Source: an uncultured Christensenellaceae bacterium
GTDB taxonomy: Bacteria; Bacillota; Clostridia; Christensenellales; CAG-1252
Length of the DNA: 64,000 bases
NCBI GenBank assembly: GCA_964391805.1
Contig: CAYMNK010000005.1
Span: 30,701 to 94,700 of the forward strand
Direction of reading: 5' to 3'
Part shown: one piece after another, positions 1-9,400 of the stretch
How positions within the stretch are numbered: position 1 is the first letter of the stretch
Layout: every line of letters starts with the position of its first letter
Position numbers and translations under genes: made by a program
The notes under the pieces: generated by a model
Told to the model about the DNA's origin: nothing
Databases searched by the model: none
The model's input: the letters and a program-made list of their open reading frames with translations, nothing else

Positions 1-75
1 GTTAATGCTTCGTGAAGATATAGCTAAGTGCAATAGATTATTTGGTATCCATAATTGAATATTTTTAAAAATGTG

Positions 76-104
76 TTGATTTTTGAAAGATTATACTCTA
101 TAAT
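76..104 (+). promoter_or_regulatory. Candidate sigma-A-type promoter for the 184-1086 gene
   Basis: TTGATT (76-81), 17-nt spacer, TATAAT (99-104), about 80 nt upstream of the ATG. This is a motif match only. Confidence 0.45.
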
Positions 105-183
105 AGAATTAGGTGATTATGTGATTCGTAAATTAGATTTGCGATTCAAATATCGCTTCTTAAGGAATTTTTAGGAGATTTTT

Positions 184-1086
184 ATGAAAAAATGTTGTTT
201 AGGTTGCTTTATCGCAATCCTCGTTATCGTTATCGCTTGCGGTGTTTGTTGCGCCGTTATTCTTAATTCGACTCCGCTTAAACTCGGTATTTCCGAAACC
301 GATATCGTTGGTGATGTCTCATTGTCAGACCTCGGACTCGAAAATAAAAAATTGATCGACTTGGTAAAAGGTCTCGTTTCATTGAATGATTTCGAGGATT
401 CTCAGGTTATTACCAATCCTTACTTGTCAAATGAAGATAATAAGGCTAAAACTAATCTCGAAAAAAGTTCGATTTATGAAAACGATGAAGTACACTACTA
501 TGCACTCGCAGTCGGTAAGGCTACTTATATCCAAAGATATTTGTATGAATATAACGATACCACTCTTGCGTATATACTCGATACCGCTATAAACACGTCA
601 CTGCCTTCGATTAACTTCGGTGTTAACGATGCAAAAGTTAAAGAGGTCAGTATCAGTAACAATGGTGACAGAGGTCACGCTAAGATAGTTTTAAGCATTC
701 CTTTCATAGCTGAATCCGAATTGAATGTATTTGAAATCGATCATGTTTTATTTTCGGTCGAATTTGACTTCGTTATTACTAATTCGGGCGAAATCGCTAC
801 CCTTAGCAGTAGTGCGGAAGAAGAATTTGTGCCTCAAACAACTATTAATGACGGCAACATTATCATTACCGCAGTTATCGAACATCAACTTAATAAGGCT
901 TTAGAAGGCGGAGTTTCTACAGTCGCTACTAAGACGGTTAACGCATTTGTTAACGTGCTCAACAACCTCGGTCAAGTCGGTACTGCAGACGTTAATTCTG
1001 AAAAGGTTGTAAAAGGGAACGATAAACTCGGTATAGCTGCCGTTAAAAACGGTTCAATTACATTCATTACACATCTTGAAGAATAA
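184..1086 (+). CDS. Hypothetical exported or membrane-anchored protein (300 aa) with a Cys-rich signal-anchor or possible lipoprotein signal
   Basis: 300-codon ORF with AGGAGA (173-178) 5 nt upstream of the ATG. The N-terminus MKKCCLGCFIAILVIVIACGVCC is hydrophobic and contains a possible lipobox, VIAC. A strong intrinsic terminator follows. I recognise no family. Confidence 0.7.
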   Translation: MKKCCLGCFIAILVIVIACGVCCAVILNSTPLKLGISETDIVGDVSLSDLGLENKKLIDLVKGLVSLNDFEDSQVITNPYLSNEDNKAKTNLEKSSIYENDEVHYYALAVGKATYIQRYLYEYNDTTLAYILDTAINTSLPSINFGVNDAKVKEVSISNNGDRGHAKIVLSIPFIAESELNVFEIDHVLFSVEFDFVITNSGEIATLSSSAEEEFVPQTTINDGNIIITAVIEHQLNKALEGGVSTVATKTVNAFVNVLNNLGQVGTADVNSEKVVKGNDKLGIAAVKNGSITFITHLEE

Positions 1087-1106
1087 AAACAGAGAGTTAA
1101 AAAATG

Positions 1107-1135
1107 CGACGGCAAAATGCCGTCGTATTTTTTTA
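1107..1135 (+). terminator. Rho-independent terminator downstream of 184-1086
   Basis: Stem CGACGGCA (1107-1114) pairs with TGCCGTCG (1118-1125) around an AAA loop, followed by TATTTTTTT. An A-run precedes it, so it could act in both directions. Confidence 0.8.
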
Positions 1136-1333
1136 TAATTAAAATATTAGCCAATCAAAAAAAATAAATAGAAACAATGCCATTCATTGAGGACAAAAGT
1201 AAAAGCAAAACGTTCACTTTTCAAAGTGAATATTCAGCGAATATTCGGTCATATTTGCTCAAAAATAATAAATAGTGAACGATAGAGAGATGGTTGAGGT
1301 TAAGTACGCTTTTTACAATATGGAATAAGATTC

Positions 1334-1396
1334 CGATGCCTAAGGCATCGCCATTCGGGTTCGACTGCGGTTTTAAACCTTCGCTCAGTATGACAT
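1334..1396. repeat. Short copy of the intergenic hairpin/core repeat family
   Basis: Hairpin CGATGCC-TAA-GGCATCG (1334-1350) is followed by TTCGGGTTCGAC...TCGCTCAGTATGACAT (1354-1396). The same TTCG(T/G)TTCG...CGCTCAGTATGAC core recurs at 3111-3144, 3375-3395 and 54456-54500. This copy lies between convergent genes. Confidence 0.5.
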
Positions 1397-1429
1397 TTGA
1401 TGGTGCTCGATATAATCTTTTCAGGACGA

Positions 1430-2107
1430 TTATTCGTTTGTTTGGAGTGTGGGCTTCTTAATGCGATAAGGATCGGTGGTGATTTGGAGTGCAAAGCGAA
1501 TGCCGATGAGAATGGACGGAGTCACTACTGCACATATTGCAAGCTCAATGGGAAAATTAATCGACAATATCGCTATCAATAAAGGAAGTCCAATTTCCGT
1601 TTCGCCAAACATATCTCCTGCGTGAAATGCAAACAGCATCCCCATTACAAGTGCGGTATTTGTCAACACGCCTACAATAGAAGATACTAATGACGATACA
1701 TATACCGATAAATGATTCGCCTTATTTTCGTCAAATTCCTTTTTCTTAGCTCCATATATCAATAAAAAAAGCTTTCGCATTCCTATATAACTAAAGTATG
1801 TGGTGACCGGTATTACGATTCTTGGGAAAATCGATATGAGGGGGTTTTGAAATGCCGGAGCCAAAAACGCTCCTGCTCCTGTAGTGTATGACGCTATCAA
1901 ACTCGCTACTCCGAATGCAACACCACAAAATAAGCCCATCCATAGTCCGTCAAACTGACACGCTATCAAGACGGCAATTAACGCAACTACCGCTATATCA
2001 ACCGCTCCGCTAAGATTAATCGGTACTAATAAAAAAATCAAAATTAGTGCAAGCAAAACGCCTGCTACCGCTATTTTTTTAGTTTTTTCGCTTTGTTTAT
2101 TTCTCAT
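1430..2107 (-). CDS. Polytopic membrane protein, ECF-transporter S-component-like (225 aa)
   Basis: About 6 predicted TM helices in 225 aa. The N-terminus KTKKIAVAGVLLALILIFLL and the motif NPLISIFPRIVIP resemble substrate-capture (S) components of ECF transporters. It overlaps the upstream lipoprotein gene by 11 nt, which suggests an operon. The family call is by eye only. Confidence 0.5.
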   Translation of the reverse strand: MRNKQSEKTKKIAVAGVLLALILIFLLVPINLSGAVDIAVVALIAVLIACQFDGLWMGLFCGVAFGVASLIASYTTGAGAFLAPAFQNPLISIFPRIVIPVTTYFSYIGMRKLFLLIYGAKKKEFDENKANHLSVYVSSLVSSIVGVLTNTALVMGMLFAFHAGDMFGETEIGLPLLIAILSINFPIELAICAVVTPSILIGIRFALQITTDPYRIKKPTLQTNE

Positions 2108-3017
2108 TTTTATTTATTTCTGCCTTTAATTTTTCTATTCCGTAGTATGAATCGATATTGCAGTCCTCTAAGTCGTAGGTGTAATATGTCTTATAATCTA
2201 TGGTCGAATTGATATCTATAATAGACATTCTACCTTCCCATTTATCAATCGCATTGAAGTACTTGTAATGTCCGGAATACCATATCTCTATGTACTCGGT
2301 GCATGAGGTGTATTTCGCATTGTTTACATTGGACTGAAGATCGGCCAAGGGATTAGCAATTGCACGAGGATTTTCAACATCGAGTTCGATGGTGACCTCG
2401 TAATAACCGCCCTCGTCGTTAGCTTTTACCGATGCACTCTTAACGGTTTCGCGGTCAATGCAAAAGTCGGTCGGAGTGAATATGCCCTCTTGAGAGAAAT
2501 TGAATATGGGAAGCGCTTCTTCAGTTATTTCCGTATCATCGAGATTTGTTTTGGGGACACCTGTTGTAGAGTCAACCGATATATCTTCATGCGCGGAAAG
2601 AACGACCGTTTTGCCTTTAGACAGTTCACCGTATTTTAAGGTCACAAAAGGAGGTGAAAACAATGCATATAGACCTTCTGAATATTGCGCTTCGCTATAA
2701 TACCATTCGTTGTCATTCTTTACATTGAAAATGTAACGCTCAAATTGTATGTTAAATTGAGATATCAACCCATATGTTTGTGCTTTACGGTATGGCAAGT
2801 TTTTATCAGCATCGTTGGCATGCTCGTAGAGACGAACGGCTAAATCAATCATTGCGGTAGAATCTTCATCATCGGGCACAATTGCCCAATCCGTTATATC
2901 GCCCTCTAATCCGCTGTTGTTACCGCTAATGAAATCATTATCGATATCGTTAGAGGTAGAACAACCGACCATCGTCAATATGGTTATTAATAATAGAAGT
3001 ACTAATACTTTTTTCAC
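2097..3017 (-). CDS. Lipoprotein of unknown function (306 aa), GTG start
   Basis: The N-terminus MKKVLVLLLLITILTMVGC|STS has a signal peptide plus lipobox. The start codon is GTG, preceded by AAGGA. The next in-frame Met would delete the signal peptide. I recognise no family. Confidence 0.75.
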   Translation of the reverse strand: MKKVLVLLLLITILTMVGCSTSNDIDNDFISGNNSGLEGDITDWAIVPDDEDSTAMIDLAVRLYEHANDADKNLPYRKAQTYGLISQFNIQFERYIFNVKNDNEWYYSEAQYSEGLYALFSPPFVTLKYGELSKGKTVVLSAHEDISVDSTTGVPKTNLDDTEITEEALPIFNFSQEGIFTPTDFCIDRETVKSASVKANDEGGYYEVTIELDVENPRAIANPLADLQSNVNNAKYTSCTEYIEIWYSGHYKYFNAIDKWEGRMSIIDINSTIDYKTYYTYDLEDCNIDSYYGIEKLKAEINKNEK

Positions 3018-3072
3018 ATTGTTTTTCCTTTTTTATTTGGATTTTAGTTACAGAATGGTATGTATAGATATC

Positions 3073-3264
3073 GTCCGCAAGATACCAAATTGTTGCACAA
3101 TTTGATTCTCACTTCGTTCGAATTTCGACTACGCTCAGTATGACGGCGGACGAATTCTAAGCTCAGAATGACATAGATATAATTATCCATAATATTGCGT
3201 AGCAATATGTCTTTTGCCGTAGGCAAGCATTATTCAGCATTATGCGTAGCATAACATCATTCGC
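3073..3264. repeat. Intergenic hairpin-rich repeat, copy A (about 190 nt)
   Basis: Aligns with 54419-54615 in the same orientation at roughly 80% identity by eye. The first 62 nt are nearly identical (GTCCGCAAGATACCAAATTGTT..CAATTTGATTCTCACTTCGTTCGAATTTCGACTACGC). It contains hairpins CAAATTGT-TGC-ACAATTTG, TATTGC-GTA-GCAATA, TTGCC-GTA-GGCAA and TTATGC-GTA-GCATAA. Confidence 0.8.
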
Positions 3265-3374
3265 TTTAGCTCATGATTGGGCGCTATCGTTTGCCGTAAT
3301 GTGGATAGGGCGTTTACTAAACGCCCCTACATTTGTAATACTTTGTTGGTGTTTTAATAAAATTGTATGTGCTT

Positions 3375-3395
3375 TTCGTTCGCTCAGTATGACAT
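3375..3395. repeat. Minimal copy of the repeat core (TTCGTTCGCTCAGTATGACAT)
   Basis: Same core as at 1381-1396 and 3131-3144. It lies 10 nt downstream of the giant-1 stop codon. Confidence 0.45.
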
Positions 3396-3404
3396 GATGG
3401 GACG

Positions 3405-6400
3405 CTAAAGCGCAGTGTCGGGGTTGTCGGTATCGTCATCGATAGGAAGAAGCTCGGTTTCGTCGTCGTTATCGGCGGTTTCTTCCGCTCTTTCCTCTTC
3501 GAGCATATTGGCGAAGATTATCTCACGCCATGCCGAATTGGTGATACGCCTACTACGATAAAGCTTATTCGCTCCTACGCTTATCAGTACGATGATTGCA
3601 ATTATCGCTAATGCACCAAGTACGAATACATAGGGCTTTTCTTTGAGATATATCATGAACTTATCCGCTTTGGTATATATCACTTCGACATCGTCAGTCA
3701 AGGTGCTACTCGAATCGATTTCAACTTTTGTACCATCTTGTTCGACATATATCGTCACAAATGCCGGCTCCACCCACGAACCTACAGTATTATACTTCAA
3801 GATTAATCTGTAAGTCAATTCCTCATTAATCGAATAATCGCCTTCTAATTCATATTCGAATGCGGAATTTTCGGACATGTAATGTTTTGCGCCAATTTCT
3901 AATCCTTCTATAACATTATTGAATACATAATGTTCGAGAGCATCGCCATAATCGTCGGTAACCTCTACGATAGCATTCAGTTTTAGTTTGCCGGTTGCGT
4001 ACACGTATTCTATATGTATATTCTTGATGGTATATGCCACGCTGTATACGCTAAAGAATGCCGTCGACGATACTTGTATATTCTGGTTGGTACTGCGTAA
4101 ATACAGGTTGTCGCTGTTACCCGATTGTATGGAATCGCCATTCGCGTACGACGAAAGCGACTTATAGGTAATAGCGAGATTGGATATCAACCATTCACTT
4201 CTTTCCTTATCGGTCGAGTTTTCCGTTATCTCTTCGTCATATTTCGCTCTTAAATATTCGGGTAATTCTCCGTTTAATGTGAAGTGAAGCGTTGCCGATA
4301 TATCACCGTAATACAATACTCCGTTATACGAAACGAAGGTACCGTCTTCTTTATAGTAACCTAAATCGGTGCTCAACGAAACATTGACGGGGCTTATTAC
4401 ATATTTACCATCGATAATATTTCCTATCGTATAGTTATCGAGAAGATATTCCTTATCCGAATTACCCTTCTTTACCGATAATACGCATCCGTACGGTCTA
4501 AATAAATAGGTTCCGGCTTGTGCCTTAACGTCACCGCTGTAACCGGTGCAGGTCACCTCTAAATACTTGGAGTCATTGCCGACAAATCCGCTCACCTTGA
4601 AGTGATTACCCGATGAGCCGAATTTAATATCGTCATCGGTGTCGTACGATCTCGTCACATCTGTCGTTGTGATTGTAAGCTTACAAGGAACGACATAGAA
4701 GGATGAACGCTTGGTATCGAGTACAAACTCAATGCTGTTTTTCAACTCGTCGGATGCCGTTACCGAATACTCGCAGGTGTATTTACCGACGTTCAAGGTT
4801 TCTTTACCGAAGTATCCGACTTTCAGTTTGATGCCTAACCCTTCTAACGTGGTTACGTCTTTCTTGCCGAAAATGCTTGCCATTGTCGATATTACCGATG
4901 ATGCCACATTGGTAGAATACTTCATATTGCCTAATGAAGATGTATCTCCGTAATAATAGTCGCTACCGATATGAGATATGGTTATTACCCTCTTGGTTAT
5001 TTCGTAAGAGTAACCCGATTCGTTAGCGTAACCGATTTCGTAATATGAAGTGATATCTTTGCCGTCACGGTCGTGAACAGCAAAAATAATCGAATATGAA
5101 CCGACTAATTCGCCATCGGCTCTCGATACCGTAATACCGTCACCCGAGACAAGTTTGCTACCTACCGTGCGCACTGCGCTCGAAATATCCTTATCTGCCG
5201 AAGCAAATATCTTGGACGTTGTGCCTGTGTATTCTAAAACAATGTGCCGTTTCTCGACAGTCAATTTGCCGTCCGCATTCAACAAGTACACCTTTTCGTT
5301 GTTCTCGTTGTAGTCGGGCTCTTCTTCGCCTGTAGTCAGATATTCAAAATCTAAATTCGACTCAAAACGATATCTTATACCGTATACAGTGCCGTCGGGA
5401 TATAACTGTGCCGATTGAAGATAATTATCGGTATAGGCATATTCGTAACGGATGTCGAGTGTTAAATACTCTCCGACAAATTCGGCATAACTCATATCGA
5501 GGTCGAACCATTCGGCAAAGGCACTATATTCGCTTTCCGTTATGGTAAATAGTTCGCCGTTTGAATTTATTATAGTATATCCGAGGCTCTCGACGGTATT
5601 ACCGTATTCAATCCTCGTGTCCTCTATTTCGGCTTTCACCTTGGAGGGCAATATACGCAATCTCGCCGTGGAGGTTACAGAGTCGATATTATAGTTGGTC
5701 AAAGCGCCTCTTACGGGGGTGATGGCGTAACTACCGCTATGCTTGATATGATAAACATATCTGAGTTCACCGTTTTCTTCAACTATTTCGTCGCCGTCGA
5801 CTAACAATAGTTTTGCTTTGGTCAGCACATCGTCGTCGCCGTCTTTCAAGCCTTCAACCTTATAATACTTGGCAAATAAAGCATTGATATCAAAGTATCC
5901 GCCCGAATAACTAAATTGATCGAGATAGTCAATGGTTATGGTAGGTATATCTATGGTCAATTTCGCCTTTTCGATACCGAAAGTGTAAGGACTGTGCTTG
6001 ATCGCTTCGCCGTTCTCTACGGTGTATCTGTAAAGGATCTCGCCTTGAGGTAAAACGTAATCCACATTGAAGAAGTATCCGTATGAATTGGTGTCGAGAT
6101 AGGAATCCTCGGTTATCATCACATAATAGCCGTTACCCGCATTCGATACCGCTTGACCTGTGGCGGGATCTATGTAGATCAACTTGATATTGCTGAAATC
6201 AAGTGTCGATATTTTGTATTCGCTATTATCTTCGTCAATAAATCCGAATAAGGTCTTAGAATCGATTTGCGCATCGGGCGTGGTATCGTAACTCTTGTCT
6301 ACCATTGTAAGAGAAGTAAATACCAATTGTTTAGGACTTATGGTAAATGTGAAATTCGCCTCGCCTATCATCAATGAAGATTCTTCATTACCGATCGAGA

Positions 6401-9400
6401 AGGTCACTTCATATGAACCGGCATGCTTGGGTAACGCTATACCTAACGACACATCGGTCACAAGCGGTAAGGTAGACGCATCCGATTTAATCGTTCTAAA
6501 TACCTTAATTTCGGTAGATAGATGTGAGTTCAACTTGTCGAGTAAATTGAGTTGTTCTGCCGATACAGAGAGATACTCGTTAAGTTCGGTTGCGCTCTTG
6601 TCGCCGTAGATAATGTTTGTAAATCCTGCCGTTATCAACGAATAGTATGCTTTGATCCTTATAGAACCTTTCAATTTACTCATATCCGGAATTGTCAAAG
6701 TTCTCAAGTTGGAAGCCATATCGTATACGATAACGCCGTCACCGTCTTCGTACGAGAATCCCAAGAACATATATCCGTCGGTCAAGCCTGCCGTTATTAC
6801 AAGTTCGGATGTCTCGACAGGGAAGTATGCTCCGCCCTCGATTATGTCGGGTCTAATACCTTCTAACAATTGTCCGCTTAAAGGATCATATACGTCGACA
6901 TATACCGTATAACTGTATTGATACTCGGCAACAACGTCGGTAACGGCATTTCCGTTAAGGGTAAACAAGCCGTCCGAAAGCGTTAGGATGTAATTCTTAT
7001 TATTTTCTATATCGCCTTCGACAAAACCGTCGGAAGCGAACCAATGATAGAGTTTATATTCTTCTTGGTCGTTAGTGTTAAATACAAAATGATCATTAAA
7101 TGAATTGACGGTGATGTGACCGTTTAATCCGTCTTTATTGACAACCTTGATTAAGCCGGCATTGGTGGATATATCGCCTACATAGCTTATTACCCAGCAG
7201 TTTTCGACATTGCAGTTTAACACCGACAATACCGATGTGTAGACTTCTACAGCAAGATTGATTACCTTACCGTCGCCATCGGTGGAAACCACTCCGTCAT
7301 ATTCGGAACCCGTAACGGAAACATCGATTAGCAAACTGTTAAAGTTACCATTGATTGTTCCTTTAAAACCATGCAAACCCTTGAGAGAATCGGCATGCGT
7401 AAGGTGTAAATCATTCACAATTACTATTTCGATACCCGAAAGATCGGAACCGACCTCTACACTCGAGTTAACTAAGGCATTCCAAGCATCTTCACTATCA
7501 ATCATTCTATTGACATTGAAAGCAAGTACGGTGAGTTTTTCTGCTGTTTCGCCATCTTTTGTTATTCCGTGAACGAAGGTGGCTTCGTTACTTACACCTT
7601 TATCGTAGACATATCCTAATAATGCGATTTCGTCGCTTTCCGCAAATCCAAAGGTTATCGTATGTTCGGTAGCATCGATACGTGTCACTACTTCGCCTAA
7701 GGTGTAGCCGAATACATTGGACAAAGCCCCCTGCTCACTCAAAACGAAGGAATTGTAATCGGCAATTTCGGTTGACTTAACTATCCATGCATTATTGAGC
7801 GTTCCGCTCATTAAGGCTTTTCCCGCACCGACAAGTTCGATTACGCTATTGGTCAAATTACCGTTTTCGTTGATGCTTACACTTCCGCTTCCATAATAAA
7901 CGACCTTCAAATCGCTGACCGTACCTACAAGAGAGGTAAATAAAGTTATGTCTGCATCAGATTGTATATTGATCGTTTTTCCGTTACCATAGAATGTTCC
8001 CTTTAATCCGTCCACGCCGTCAAACGCGCCGTCAACGGTGATGTCGTCGGTTAGATATACATTCCCCGAGAACTGCCCTACGGATACGGCAATCGAATAT
8101 GCTTTAAGTTGTTTAAGGGTGGATATCTCATTAATGGCGGTTATCGAATAACGCTTGATTTCGCTTCCGTTCGATGAAACCATATTGTAGTTATCATTCA
8201 AAACAACTGCACCCGATTCGTCACGCCACAACAAGAAGTTGTCGCTATTATTGATTCCTACTGTCAACCTTATTTCACCGCTCATACGGTCAAGATATGT
8301 ACTTACCGAAATGTTAGAGAAAACAGATAAGGCATTTACATTTTCGCTCGAAACCGACGGTGCTATGATCCAAACGTTTTGTGCCGATAAATCTCCGCTT
8401 ACCGAAAGTTTTGCGTTATCGGCGTGAGTGGTAACGGTCATATTTGCAACAACAGCGCTTTTGATAACTCCGACGAAAAGATATGCAGAACTGCCGATAT
8501 CGATTACGACGTTGCGTAATTCACCGCCAAAACGCTTAAATAAAGCGTTAGTTGCAGTCATTGTAAAGCCTTGTCCGTCAATTGTACCCTTGAAGGAATA
8601 TAAATCATTACCAATAACAATTTTCGACGGAATATTTACGATGTCGTCAATTAGTTTAAAGGTTTGTTCCGACATTTCGAAACCTCTATTGACTGCGTTC
8701 GCCAATTTTTCAAGGTCGTCTGTATTTGCAATAGAATTGCTTATTACGCTTATCGAATATACTTTTGCTCCGCTAAGCTCAACCGTCAATGATGTGTTGC
8801 CTATGTAATCGAGGTTCAAGTCGTCAATCGATCCAATATACCATCCGCTAAAGACTTCGTCGTTGTCAATAATTGCGGTTGCGGTATAAACGCCTTCGAT
8901 TTCCTTGATTTCGGGGAATATAGCGCAGTCGGCTATAATCAAACCGATGCCGTCATTTAATTCGGGCGTTACAATCGACAATTCTTTATCGGTTACGGCA
9001 TAAACGCCTTGAGCCTTCCAACTTACAGAGTCGTTCGGCGATAATTTCATATTAGAGGTCGCAAATAGTACGCTTACGTTCGTTAACGAACCTAAGTAAC
9101 TATTCTCTAATAGATACATTTCGACATCCGAATCAGCCCAAGCGGTAACGTCTATGACTAAATCTCCAAATAACGCATCGGCACTCGAGTTTTCACCTCT
9201 AAGCACATATCCCTTGTTATCTACAGCCGATGTTGTACCTGTAATAGTTAAGGTGTTTCCGTTACCTAAGAAGGTTCCGCGGAATTTGTTTAACGATAAG
9301 AGTTCGTCTGCAAAAACTGTCAAATCATTGGTCATTATATAAGTTTTTCCGACAGAGAATGTGCTGTAGCCTATGTCCAAAACGCCTGTCAAAGCAAGTA

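Noticed and set aside
2-58. An open frame (..LMLREDIAKCNRLFGIHN*) runs from the window edge to a TGA at 56-58 and could be the 3' end of an upstream gene.
   Set aside because: Only 18 codons are visible and there is no recognisable motif. This is too little evidence to report as a feature.
3116-3123. The repeats contain GTTCGAAT (also at 54461-54468), identical to a tRNA T-loop consensus. This raised the possibility of tRNA or tRNA-derived elements.
   Set aside because: The flanking bases do not form a T-stem (CTTCG against TTCGA). I could fold no acceptor, D or anticodon arms. I call no tRNA.
3180-3260. A series of short similar palindromes (..GC-GTA-GC..) might have been a CRISPR-like array.
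   Set aside because: The units are 13-15 nt, are not identical, and have irregular 5-15-nt gaps with no spacer-sized unique segments. No cas genes are present.
3306-3329. The GC-rich hairpin GGGCGTTT-ACT-AAACGCCC was considered as the intrinsic terminator of giant 1.
   Set aside because: On the minus strand ATCCACATTACGG follows it, with no U-tract. The T-rich tract is on the plus strand, where no annotated gene ends. I kept it only as part of the repeat-element discussion.
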